Shown: positions 1 to 8,221 of the stretch, one piece after another
How the letters are laid out: each line of letters begins with the position of its first letter
How positions within the stretch are numbered: the first letter of the stretch is position 1
Assembly (NCBI GenBank): GCA_018303105.1
Contig: JAGVYU010000019.1
Location: 1-49,954, forward strand
DNA: 49,954 nucleotides
Reading direction: 5' to 3'
Origin: Candidatus Woesearchaeota archaeon
GTDB taxonomy: Archaea; Nanobdellota; Nanobdellia; Woesearchaeales; JAGVYU01
Translations under genes and position numbers: made by a program
Notes under the pieces: generated by a model
Told to the model about the DNA's origin: nothing
Database searches by the model: none
The model's input: only the letters and a program-made list of their open reading frames with translations

Positions 1-1
1 A

Positions 2-103
2 CCTTCGAATTCCGCTTTGCAAAAAGCAAAAAAAGTTATTGAGTATGAAACGATCGAGGGATTAATTTCGGATATCGAGAAGCTCTTGCCTGAATTCCAG
101 TAA
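2..103 (+). CDS. partial CDS, 3' end of an unidentified protein running off the window start
   Basis: Frame 2 is open from the window edge to TAA at 101-103 (…ETIEGLISDIEKLLPEFQ*). No recognisable motif. Confidence 0.3.
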   Translation, partial: PSNSALQKAKKVIEYETIEGLISDIEKLLPEFQ

Positions 104-629
104 TTACTCCTCTTCCTTCTTCACGCCAACTAACTTCCCTTTAACAGCTTTTTCAGAAATAATCGCGGAGTTTCCTGTCGGGTCTTCAATAATGAGTTTT
201 GCCGACTCCTCACCGGACATAATCCTATTAATTTTTTTCAATAAATTCTTTGCCTTCTTTTTAGCGTCATTCTCTTCCTCAGTTTCCCTGAGCACTTCAA
301 CCTGGTGCTTGATGCGATTAAAAACGCCTTCCACATTCGTCACATACCCGCTCGATCCCGGACCGGGCTCAATTGAGGTGATATAAGGAACTTTCACAGT
401 AGCCTGGCTGCTGCGCACGACTCGAATATGCATGTCCTTTTCAGTTGTGATATCAAGCGTATATTTGCTCAACTGCTTCAACATCCGCTTTGTGATATTT
501 GCATTTATCACAATTCATGGAAAACAGATACATGCGTCCAAAAAAAGGCACTTCGCGCTCATCTTCAGTGAGAGCTAATGATTTCTCGCCGCAGATCGGG
601 CACTTTTGATCCTTGAGAATCTCAGGCAT
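104..629 (-). CDS. ZPR1-type zinc-finger protein (COG1779-like), reading frame broken by an apparent +1 shift near 464-470
   Basis: The N-terminal zinc-ribbon frame 629..453 reads MPEILKDQKCPICGEKS…VPFFGRMYLFSMNCDKCKYHKADVEAVEQIYA*. The tracked ORF 511..104 reads …KYTLDITTEKDMHIRVVRSSQATVKVPYITSIEPGPGSSGYVTNVEGVF…. Together they reproduce the ZPR1 layout, but in two frames. Confidence 0.7.
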
Positions 630-674
630 TACGGATTCAGGTATTCAACGGTTTATATATTTTGCGGATAGGCT

Positions 675-1673
675 TCAGAATTGAAAAGTTCCGTCAACCA
701 TGATCGTTCTTCCATCGACGACAACAGTGGGTTTGCGAATGACCCCGTCAATATGATAATCGCAGACAAGTGGACATCCTGTCGTAGACTGATAGCAATC
801 TCCAAATGCTATATGCACGCCTGGAAATTTCTCGTCTTGCAGCAGGTTACCAATGATTTCAGTGAGAAATATGTTTGTTCCTATTGCAAATTCGCCAACT
901 CGGTTACAATTAGGCGTGTTAGGTCTAAAGATGTAACGATCAAACTCATTTTCCAGAGCGGCGTTACTACATGTCACTGTTCCAGGGACTGCATGACCGT
1001 CTCGAATTTCAACACGAACGGGGTTGCTTGAAAGATCGCCGTATTTCTTGTCAAAATAATCGCCAAGCACACCATCAATTATGGCAACTCCGCTCACGGA
1101 TTCTGGAGACGTGTACACTTCTCCATCGGGAAGATTACTCCATCTACCGGGAGTGATGTGGCCATCGCAAATATCCCATTTCCATTTTCCAATTCGCACA
1201 TCTAAATCAGTTCCAAGTGCAGTCGTAACATGAACGTGTCTTGCTGGTGTAACGATCGCAATAACTTTCTCACAAAGCACTTTGATCTGTTCATAATCCG
1301 CATTCATCCCCTGCTCCATAATCGTTGCTGTGAGCCAAGGCATGCCTGCGTGGCGCAAATGCCCCTGTGCTACGATATCATAGATATGCTGACGGAATAA
1401 AGGCAGCTCCCCTTCAACATACGTGCCCGTATACATGGAAACGTCTGCGTTCAAAAGCGCCTGACGGATGGCGGTAGGCATTGGAAAAGGCCGCTTACCG
1501 AAATCTTCCATGAGAAAATAGGTTATATGCGGTGTGATCGCACGCGCCATGGCACATAGCGATTGTGTTATCGTATCCGTTTCCCCGTCCGCAACAATCA
1601 CCACTCGCTCAAACGGTTGCACAGCAAGGCACGTGTTGATCGCCTGCCACGCTCCAAACTGGATTTTATCCAT
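675..1673 (-). CDS. M29 family aminopeptidase (AmpS / aminopeptidase T-like)
   Basis: 332-aa ORF with family-typical segments PDGEVYTSPESVSGVAIIDGVLG and RVGEFAIGTN. Confidence 0.7.
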   Translation of the reverse strand: MDKIQFGAWQAINTCLAVQPFERVVIVADGETDTITQSLCAMARAITPHITYFLMEDFGKRPFPMPTAIRQALLNADVSMYTGTYVEGELPLFRQHIYDIVAQGHLRHAGMPWLTATIMEQGMNADYEQIKVLCEKVIAIVTPARHVHVTTALGTDLDVRIGKWKWDICDGHITPGRWSNLPDGEVYTSPESVSGVAIIDGVLGDYFDKKYGDLSSNPVRVEIRDGHAVPGTVTCSNAALENEFDRYIFRPNTPNCNRVGEFAIGTNIFLTEIIGNLLQDEKFPGVHIAFGDCYQSTTGCPLVCDYHIDGVIRKPTVVVDGRTIMVDGTFQF

Positions 1674-1727
1674 GAAGAGCGAGTCCTAGCAGGGTTTATA
1701 TGCATTTAGATACAGAAAAAGAACAAA

Positions 1728-2165
1728 CTAAAACCGATCTTCTTCCACTTCAGTTACTGTGCCCTTAAGCTCTTCATTCACAGGCTCCGCTTTGATGTCC
1801 TGCGTTCCTTTCGACCTGTAAATCTGCGCGAAGCTTGGCGTGACAATAATGTAATCCTCGCCAAATCCTGCGATCTCTCCCTCAATGGCATCGCATGTTT
1901 TCTTCAATTTGTTTACGGCTCGTTTCAATTCAACAAGATCCTTCTCTTTCAAGGGCCGCATATTCACAAGACCAATGGTTTTTCCTTCACGAAGAGAATC
2001 AAGAATCGGCTTTACGCCTTCAAAATCCTGCAGAACGAATGGGCGAACGACAACCTTTGCCTTTGGAGACTCAGCGTCTGTGTCCAACTCGACATACCCT
2101 TCCTCATCAACAACTTCTTCTTCAGCTCCCGTGATCATCTCTTTGATTTTGCCGAAAAACCCCAT
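1728..2165 (-). CDS. sepF: cell division protein SepF (archaeal FtsZ anchor, DUF552)
   Basis: MGFFGKIKE… N-terminus and an acidic linker precede the core VVVRPFVLQDFEGVKPILDSLREGKTIGLVNMRPL…IEGEIAGFGEDYIIVTP. The start is moved to the internal ATG at 2165. A TATA (ctttaaatag on the minus strand) lies upstream. Confidence 0.75.
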   Translation of the reverse strand: MGFFGKIKEMITGAEEEVVDEEGYVELDTDAESPKAKVVVRPFVLQDFEGVKPILDSLREGKTIGLVNMRPLKEKDLVELKRAVNKLKKTCDAIEGEIAGFGEDYIIVTPSFAQIYRSKGTQDIKAEPVNEELKGTVTEVEEDRF

Positions 2166-2318
2166 TGTTTCCCTCCACAAGTACAGGTTTGCCTTCTTTC
2201 ATCGTTTATCCTTGAACTATTTAAAGCTTTTGTTTTTCAGTATACACGTATGGGGAAGTGTAGACTACTGAATTATATATATGAAAAACGATATGTTTTT
2301 TTGAACAAATTTCTTGAA

Positions 2319-2410
2319 GCCCGCACCACTGGCGAGGCCGAGGCGGGGGATGTCCCTTACGGGGTGCCGAGGAGGCCGCAGGCCGTCCGCTGCCAGTTGT
2401 GGTGCTGCCA
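2319..2410. ncRNA. candidate structured small RNA of unknown class (GC-rich island)
   Basis: A roughly 90-nt G+C-rich block sits in AT-rich intergenic DNA. GCACCAC (2323-2329) pairs with GTGGTGC (2399-2405), and TGGC (2330-2333) pairs with GCCA (2392-2395). There is an internal CCC-TTAC-GGG hairpin. No credible ORF. Strand undetermined. Confidence 0.3.
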
Positions 2411-2450
2411 GAGAAAAATGCAATAATTATGGTTTACTCCAAAAGCAACG

Positions 2451-2458
2451 TTTAAATA
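2451..2458 (+). promoter_or_regulatory. TATA box for tRNA-Val(CAC)
   Basis: TTTAAATA ends 27 nt upstream of the tRNA 5' end. All five tRNA genes show the same spacing. Confidence 0.5.
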
Positions 2459-2484
2459 AGAACTAAAGATAACACATTTCACAA

Positions 2485-2579
2485 GGGCCCATAGTCTAGT
2501 GGTTATGTGGCAAAACCATACCGCTGATGACATCACATTCACACTGTGAAGGTCGAGGGTTCGAACCCCTCTGGGCCCA
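2485..2579 (+). tRNA. tRNA-Val(CAC) with a 22-nt non-canonical intron in the D-loop (2505-2526)
   Basis: Acceptor stem GGGCCCA/TGGGCCC. Anticodon arm TCACA-TTCACAC-TGTGA. T-arm GAGGG-TTCGAAC-CCCTC. A BHB can be drawn with central helix GTGG (2499-2502) / CCGC (2521-2524), bulges TT|A and TG|A, and intron hairpin TGTGG/CCATA. Splicing restores GTCTAGTGGTTATGAC. No CCA is encoded. Confidence 0.85.
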
Positions 2580-2586
2580 TTCAGTA

Positions 2587-3303
2587 TTAAGATCTAGCCG
2601 CAACCGTATACAAATACATTCTTGCATGCAGCGGAGCATCCTTAGGATGTCTACCGTTGCCTACAATGTAGAATTTATGTGCTTCTCCAAACTCTTCAAG
2701 CAAAATTGAGAATCCTTGACTCTTGAGTTCATCTTGCGTATTGTAGCACCCTTCATCCCGTTCAACTCGCGTAAGCTCATCCGCTCTGCCGGCAATCCCC
2801 GCGAAGGCTTGAGTTTTGAGAAGGGAAAGCGCATATGTAAGCCAGCTCACAGAAACATAATCACCATACAATCCAACGCTAATCAACGCATCATATCGTT
2901 CCCGGACAAGGTCCGCCAGAGGAAGTTGGGCACTCGCGCAGGTTGTTTTGCGATAGCCTCTCGCTCGTGCGAGCTCCAGCTGCTTTCGCGAGAAGTCAAT
3001 TCCATCCACAGTAAATCCGGCATCAATGAACGGCATCCCTGAAAGTCCGCTGCCGCATCCAATATCAATAATTCTCTCATGCCCATCGAGGAACGGAATT
3101 AAATTCTGATACATGACATCTGGAGCGTTCCAGCGGTACTCCCTGCAGGCTTCATCATATGTCCTCCCGTCGTTAAACCTGGGATAATCATTAAACCGGT
3201 GGATGCGCGAGGTTTCGTACCCTAAGCATTCTCCTGATGGCCGCTTATCCGAATCCCGATTGTCCAGCATTACGGCCCCTTCTATGGTTACCCATCCCTT
3301 CAT
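2587..3303 (-). CDS. class I SAM-dependent methyltransferase
   Basis: SAM-binding motif I is present (RIIDIGCGSGLSGMPF…DGIDFS). A TATA (attttaaaaag on the minus strand) lies 20-30 nt upstream of the ATG at 3303. Confidence 0.75.
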   Translation of the reverse strand: MKGWVTIEGAVMLDNRDSDKRPSGECLGYETSRIHRFNDYPRFNDGRTYDEACREYRWNAPDVMYQNLIPFLDGHERIIDIGCGSGLSGMPFIDAGFTVDGIDFSRKQLELARARGYRKTTCASAQLPLADLVRERYDALISVGLYGDYVSVSWLTYALSLLKTQAFAGIAGRADELTRVERDEGCYNTQDELKSQGFSILLEEFGEAHKFYIVGNGRHPKDAPLHARMYLYTVAARS

Positions 3304-3423
3304 GACATTTGAAAGTGCTCAGCGCTTTTTAAAATGTGCACATCCCAATGCCAGTCCTAATCTTTTAGATACAGTCAGCGAGCCAGCGCTCCATAGCACA
3401 CTCATAGGTGTCTTAAAGGCGTG

Positions 3424-3978
3424 CTAGAACATATCTTCGGTGGGCATTCCAAGGACCGTGCCCTGAACAATCCTGCTCGATTCCATGTATCTATAATCCC
3501 CAATAATAGCCTCACTTAACGCTTTCCAAGTTGATATCGGATACAATGAACTATGATATACCGGGGTCATGTCACTCAGGATAGAGTTCCAAAAATCAAA
3601 CATCGCTTTTGCAAACTCCTCGGCAGTCTGAGGTGTTTCAGGTGCTTCCTGGAGCACAAGAGGAATATGCCAGCTAAATCTCAGCGCTGTGTTGAAAAAT
3701 TCTATCGGACTTTCATGCGACCATTTTGAAAAGTGAGGCTTATCCGATGAGCGGAGCTCGTCAATGGACGCAGCGATGTACGGAGAGCGCGTTTCGGGTG
3801 TCCATTCCCCGCAGCTTTCCTGCACCAGTCGTGAAAGCGTTGCTCTGCGGTCACTGTTTCCAAAGCAGGTTCCAACCTGCAGCCTCCCGCCGCTAGCGGT
3901 GGCGGCAAGTTCGTCGGGAACATTCGCCATATTCCAAGCATCGAAATCCTTGAGATCCACATAAACTTCTGTTGCCAT
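3424..3978 (-). CDS. hypothetical protein
   Basis: Long ORF. I prefer the ATG at 3978 (MATEVYV…) because a TATA (gtttaaaaagcg on the minus strand, 3997-4008) lies 19-30 nt upstream. The tracked TTG start at 4029 is less likely. Confidence 0.5.
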   Translation of the reverse strand: MATEVYVDLKDFDAWNMANVPDELAATASGGRLQVGTCFGNSDRRATLSRLVQESCGEWTPETRSPYIAASIDELRSSDKPHFSKWSHESPIEFFNTALRFSWHIPLVLQEAPETPQTAEEFAKAMFDFWNSILSDMTPVYHSSLYPISTWKALSEAIIGDYRYMESSRIVQGTVLGMPTEDMF

Positions 3979-4040
3979 GAGACTCGAAAGTCTTTTGCGC
4001 TTTTTAAACTCTGCCCCTTCCGATTTCAAAATCCCAAACC

Positions 4041-4048
4041 TTTAAATA
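4041..4048 (+). promoter_or_regulatory. TATA box for tRNA-Val(GAC)
   Basis: TTTAAATA ends 29 nt upstream of the tRNA 5' end. Confidence 0.5.
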
Positions 4049-4076
4049 CCATACCTGTGTCCACAATCTGCAGCGT

Positions 4077-4228
4077 GGGCCCATGGTCTAGTTGGTTATG
4101 ACATCACCTCGACATATCCGACGTTTTCGGAGGATATTCCGAAAACCGAAGATTTTCGATACGGTGAAGGTCGCCGGTTCGAATTCGCGCCGAGCGTGTC
4201 TCGCGCATTGAAAGTCCGGCTGGGCCCA
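4077..4228 (+). tRNA. tRNA-Val(GAC) with two introns: canonical 37/38 (4115-4161, 47 nt) and non-canonical 59/60 in the T-loop (4184-4214, 31 nt)
   Basis: The body is nearly identical to tRNA-Val(CAC). Intron 1 BHB: loop TCGA (positions 32-35) pairs with TCGA at the intron 3' end, with bulges CA|T and TA|C. Intron 2 BHB: TTCG (54-57) pairs with TGAA, with bulges AA|T and AG|T, restoring the T-loop TTCGAAT. The spliced anticodon loop TCGACAC has C at position 33. Confidence 0.8.
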
Positions 4229-4240
4229 TTCAATAAAGAG

Positions 4241-5314
4241 GTGGAATGTTTGGCAAGGGAGCTTAAGTACAAGCCGTACTTTTTCCTTACAATTCTTGCT
4301 CTTGTCATAGTGCTTTCGTTCCTCGTTGTAAAGCCATTTCTCGTGAGCATTCTCACCGCGGGCGTGCTCGCGTACATTGCGTATCCGTTGTATCAATTCC
4401 TCGCGCGGAAACTCTCTTCGAAAAACGTTGCAGCCAGCATAGTCATTGTGCTTCTCATCCTGGTCATCCTCTCTCCCATTTTAATTATCCTGGGATCTCT
4501 GCCCACGGCGTTTGACGGCGTTCGGGCGCTTCAGGATGTGCTTCGCGACACGTCTCTGAAGGATACGTGCGATGCAAAAGCATCAATGCTGTGCTCCGTG
4601 TACGAGCATACCCTCTTGCTCCTCAATGATCCTGAGGTGAATGCGGCGATTGGCGCGGTTCCCGAAAAAATCTTTATTGGCATCTTTTCAGCCACAAGCA
4701 ACATCATCACGGCGCTTCCCGTTTTTTTCCTCAATCTTTTCATCATGTTTTTCTTTACGTTTTACCTTCTGAGGGATGGTGACCGATTCATAAAGCACGT
4801 GCTCCCGCTCATTCCCCTGAAAGGAAGCCATAAGAGAAATATTCTGAACAAGTTCTCTGAAGTCACGTATGCGGTATTGTATGGTCATGTGTTCATTGCG
4901 TTGATTCAGGCGATCGTTGCTGTTATCGGCTATTACCTCTTCGGATTCAAAGCGCTCGTACTCTTAGGAGCGCTCACGTTTGTCTGCGCATTGATTCCCG
5001 TCCTAGGGACATTTATTGTCTGGGGGCCTCTCGCGCTTACGCGAATTCTCAGCGGGATGGCTGTTGACAATCAATCCATTGTCGCGCAGGGCATTGGACT
5101 GCTCCTGTGGGGAATGCTTGTGAGTGTCATTGACAACATTCTCAAGCCAAAAATCATCGGTGATCGGACAAATGTGCATCCAGCGGTAATCCTTATAGGA
5201 CTGATTGGGGGCTTAATGTTTTTTGGCATGGCAGGCGTTGTCCTCGGGCCTTTGGTGCTTGCCCTGCTCATCGTTGTATTGGAAATCTACAGGAAGGAGA
5301 AACATGCGCTTTAA
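4241..5314 (+). CDS. AI-2E family transporter (PerM / UPF0118-type permease)
   Basis: Polytopic membrane protein with the family-typical C-terminal half (…LPLIPLKGSHKRNILNKF…PKIIGDRTNVHPAVILIGLIGG…). The tracked start at 4196 lies inside the tRNA. I moved it to GTG 4241 (or TTG 4250), which follows aaagag. Confidence 0.7.
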   Translation: MECLARELKYKPYFFLTILALVIVLSFLVVKPFLVSILTAGVLAYIAYPLYQFLARKLSSKNVAASIVIVLLILVILSPILIILGSLPTAFDGVRALQDVLRDTSLKDTCDAKASMLCSVYEHTLLLLNDPEVNAAIGAVPEKIFIGIFSATSNIITALPVFFLNLFIMFFFTFYLLRDGDRFIKHVLPLIPLKGSHKRNILNKFSEVTYAVLYGHVFIALIQAIVAVIGYYLFGFKALVLLGALTFVCALIPVLGTFIVWGPLALTRILSGMAVDNQSIVAQGIGLLLWGMLVSVIDNILKPKIIGDRTNVHPAVILIGLIGGLMFFGMAGVVLGPLVLALLIVVLEIYRKEKHAL

Positions 5315-6788
5315 ATGCAAAGATTTGAACATTGCAACTGGCGGGACGCAGGTAATTACCCTGCATCACGATGATGCGGCGAAGATGGATCTCTTTGCGC
5401 TTGACAGAGTGAATGCGAGGATTGGCAACAAGGAGACGATCGCGATCGTGAATCTCGCGGAGAATCATCACACCATCCCCGCAGGATATCTTGGGGTGTA
5501 TGAGGAAGTCATCGCCAAGTTAAAACTTAAGCCAGATGATGTTGTTGATGTAAGCCTTGCGGCGAAGCCCGAGTCGCTTAGCTATATCAAAGCTAAACTT
5601 GACGGCAAGCGCTTAAAGGATAAGGAAATGAACGCGATTGTACGAGACATTGTTGATAATAATCTCAGCGAAACCGAGATCACATTCTTCGTTGCTGCTT
5701 GTTATAAGTATGACCTCACGGATGATGAAATATATTATCTGACGAAGGCGATTGCGCAGAACGGTGAACAGCTCAGGCTCAAGAATGGCCCTGTTCTCGA
5801 CAAGCACTGTTCTGGGGGAGTTCCGGGAAACCGGACGACGATGATTGTTGTTCCCATCCTGGCGGCCGCGGGATATACAATGCCCAAGACGAGCTCGCGG
5901 GCGATCACAAGCCCTGCAGGAACCGCTGACACAATGGAAGTGCTCGCTCCCGTATCCCTAAATGTCAAAAAGATCAAGGAGATTGTGGAAAAAACAAAAG
6001 CGTGCATGGTATGGGGAGGGGGCACGGGCATCGCTGGCGCGGATGATAAAATGATCCGCATACGAAATCCGTTGAGCCTTGATCCTTGGGGATTGCTCGT
6101 CTCGAGCATCCTCGCGAAAAAGAAGGCGGTAGGTGCAACACATTTGCTCGCTGATCTTCCCATCGGGCATGACACGAAGATTCGCACGCTTAGGGAGGCG
6201 CGGATTCTCCGGCGCAAATTTACTACGATCGGCCAGCGGCTCGGCATCAGCGTGCGCGTCATTTTTAGTGACGGTGACGAGCCGATCGGCCGCGGTTTAG
6301 GCCCGTTGCTCGAAGCCCGCGATGTACTCTGGGTATTGAAGCGAGATCCGAGAGCTCCTCAGGATCTGAGAAAAAAATCGTTGCACATGGCTTCCGTATT
6401 ATTCGAGATGCTCGGTGAGGAGGAGCCAAAGCGAAAAGCGCTTGACATGCTCGACACGGGGCTCGCATACAAGAAAATGAATGAGATCATCCTTGCGCAG
6501 GGCGGAAAGCTGGTTCATCCCGAGGATCTCAAGCTCGCTGAGCATCATCATCATGTGAAATCAAAGCAGGAAGGCAAAGTCAGGCATATTAACAATCGGA
6601 TTATCAACAAGATTTGCAGGATTGCAGGCGCTCCGAAGAGCAAAAAGGCAGGGATGTACCTCTATAAGCACATGCATGATAATGTAGATAAGAAAGAAAC
6701 CATTTTCACGATCTATGCGGAGAGCACAGAACGCCTGAGGCAGGCTGTCGCAGTTGCCAAAGCAATGAACCCATACACGATTCAATGA
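5304..6788 (+). CDS. deoA: AMP phosphorylase (thymidine phosphorylase family with archaeal N-terminal extension)
   Basis: It begins MRFKCKDLNIATGG… after aggaaggaga. The glycosyltransferase-3 core is present (DKHCSGGVPGNRTT…TSSRAITSPAGTADTME). It overlaps the upstream permease by 11 nt. Confidence 0.8.
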   Translation: MRFKCKDLNIATGGTQVITLHHDDAAKMDLFALDRVNARIGNKETIAIVNLAENHHTIPAGYLGVYEEVIAKLKLKPDDVVDVSLAAKPESLSYIKAKLDGKRLKDKEMNAIVRDIVDNNLSETEITFFVAACYKYDLTDDEIYYLTKAIAQNGEQLRLKNGPVLDKHCSGGVPGNRTTMIVVPILAAAGYTMPKTSSRAITSPAGTADTMEVLAPVSLNVKKIKEIVEKTKACMVWGGGTGIAGADDKMIRIRNPLSLDPWGLLVSSILAKKKAVGATHLLADLPIGHDTKIRTLREARILRRKFTTIGQRLGISVRVIFSDGDEPIGRGLGPLLEARDVLWVLKRDPRAPQDLRKKSLHMASVLFEMLGEEEPKRKALDMLDTGLAYKKMNEIILAQGGKLVHPEDLKLAEHHHHVKSKQEGKVRHINNRIINKICRIAGAPKSKKAGMYLYKHMHDNVDKKETIFTIYAESTERLRQAVAVAKAMNPYTIQ

Positions 6789-7630
6789 ACCTTTCTCAGG
6801 CAGTGATCACCGGATTCTAAGAGAATGCGTTGCATTGCGCGGTAATTGCGCCCTACTTTCCTATGATATTTTGGACGCAGCGGATATTTCATCTTCCATA
6901 CAAATCGCGCGAGGTATGTTCTCCAAAGGATTTCGCGCAGTGAGTCCTGATCAGGAACACTCTCGCTCCAACTCGGATACTCTCGCGCTCGTTCGACGGC
7001 CTGGCTCCAGCTCATGTATTCTGGCACCTCAGAAAGCGAGCGCTCATAGACTTGAGGATTCCAGTCAAGCGGCATGACATCGTGGAGAATGCGGGGCTCA
7101 TGAAGCTCCCCTGATTCAGCGGGCAGGAAAACAGCTTCTTGATATGCTGCCATGAGGGATGTGAGCTCTTCCCGAAGATAATTTCTGAAACGTTTCGATC
7201 TTCCCGACTGCATGGATTGGAAGAGCTTGCGGATCGCCATTCTGTTGCATGTTTTCGGATCAAGCTGCTCGCGGGCGTTGCGATATGTTCTCCCAATGGT
7301 TATGCGTGCACCTTCATGCAAGGAGCGCACAGTCGTTGTTTCTCCATTTCCGAGCATCTCATCGATGCTCAAAACGCCAGAACCCCTAATATGAACCGTT
7401 ATATCATCAATATGGAGTGTGACAGGGCTAGTACAAAAATACCCCCCTGCAAGATCTGCCTGCGCATCTATTCCTGTTCGGTTGAGCGCTTGCAGCACGC
7501 AAGGGAGCACAAAACGCTCATTTAAGGGATAATTCGTTTTTTCCGCAAGCGTATAGAGGCGCTCTCCGAGATATTCTCGTATGCGCGTATGAATAGAACA
7601 TCCTTTATCGTCTTCAGGTCTGAGCGGCAT
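6782..7630 (-). CDS. hypothetical protein
   Basis: 282-aa ORF. A TATA (ccttaaaaacag on the minus strand) lies 23-33 nt upstream of the ATG. It overlaps the convergent deoA end by 7 nt. Confidence 0.5.
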   Translation of the reverse strand: MPLRPEDDKGCSIHTRIREYLGERLYTLAEKTNYPLNERFVLPCVLQALNRTGIDAQADLAGGYFCTSPVTLHIDDITVHIRGSGVLSIDEMLGNGETTTVRSLHEGARITIGRTYRNAREQLDPKTCNRMAIRKLFQSMQSGRSKRFRNYLREELTSLMAAYQEAVFLPAESGELHEPRILHDVMPLDWNPQVYERSLSEVPEYMSWSQAVERAREYPSWSESVPDQDSLREILWRTYLARFVWKMKYPLRPKYHRKVGRNYRAMQRILLESGDHCLRKVH

Positions 7631-7735
7631 GATTTTGAGAGTATCGAACTGTTTTTAAGGATTGTGGAAATCGAAAGAGTGAGCCCACTAGGTCTGTGTA
7701 CTGGTTTTTTAAACGCCCGTGCACTTTCCTCGGCC

Positions 7736-7825
7736 ATGATACTGAAAGGTCCAGACGCTCCATTGCTCTTCGAAAAATGGCAGCCTCTTGAGTTCGAGGA
7801 CTTTGAGTTGGACGAGTCACGATGA
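7736..7825 (+). CDS. 29-aa ORF consisting only of the MI-LKG-x3-PLLF-x-KW-x-P-x2-F module shared with the protein at 31761
   Basis: The TATA ttttttaaa (7705-7713) ends 23 nt upstream of the ATG. The peptide MILKGPDAPLLFEKWQPLEFEDFELDESR matches MIELKGEHCPLLFDKWRPEQFTE at 31761. Its stop overlaps the next ATG (ATGA). Confidence 0.35.
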   Translation: MILKGPDAPLLFEKWQPLEFEDFELDESR

Positions 7826-8115
7826 GAACAACGTTAGCTGAGATGGAGCATCACTATGGAAATCAGGTTGCCCCTGTACTCATTCTTCAATCTAGAGAAC
7901 ATCTGCTAGATAAAGATTATAATGGAATTCGTGAGCAATACTTAGCGGGATTGCGGGATGCTCTGGACTCTCGAGTTGCTGAGGAAGTTTTCACGAATGA
8001 TGATCTCAAGATAATGATTGAAAAGGCAACGTGCGACTGGAATGTTCCCGCGAATGTCCGTGCGATACGCGACACGTATCTCGCTCTTAGAAACCGGCGC
8101 GGTCTTTTAGAATAG
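7822..8115 (+). CDS. hypothetical protein
   Basis: 97-aa ORF coupled by an ATGA overlap to the 29-aa ORF. Confidence 0.45.
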   Translation: MRTTLAEMEHHYGNQVAPVLILQSREHLLDKDYNGIREQYLAGLRDALDSRVAEEVFTNDDLKIMIEKATCDWNVPANVRAIRDTYLALRNRRGLLE

Positions 8116-8150
8116 CCTTCTGCTGATCGTCCATGGGTCATTGAATACAT

Positions 8151-8169
8151 AACGCCACCGCCCGGATTT
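8151..8169. repeat. tRNA-3'-end-like direct repeat S3 (aacgccaccgcccggattt)
   Basis: It matches copy S2 at 8707-8724 with one mismatch. It also resembles the tRNA-Ser 3' end at 8734-8752 (aacgccgcgacccggattt). Confidence 0.6.
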
Positions 8170-8221
8170 GTGCGGTTTAATTGCCATTACATTTATATAT
8201 TCCTGTAGATTCAGAATCCTT

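Noticed and set aside
2357-2542. Tracked 61-aa ORF across the GC-rich island and tRNA-Val
   Set aside because: It runs antisense through a tRNA gene and a structured GC-rich element. It has no start context and is not coding.
4196-4240. Tracked start of the permease ORF at 4196, and of ORF 43292-43717 at 43717
   Set aside because: Both starts lie inside tRNA genes (tRNA-Val 4077-4228 and tRNA-Met 43685-43836). I moved them to downstream start codons.
5735-6262. Long antisense or alternative-frame ORFs inside well-supported genes (for example 5735-6262, 10039-10494, 26097-26669, 36616-37056, 45577-46044, 49490-49873)
   Set aside because: They overlap strongly supported CDSs on the opposite strand or in another frame. 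They have low-complexity or Arg/Ser/Cys-rich composition and lack TATA or Shine-Dalgarno signals. They are shadow ORFs.
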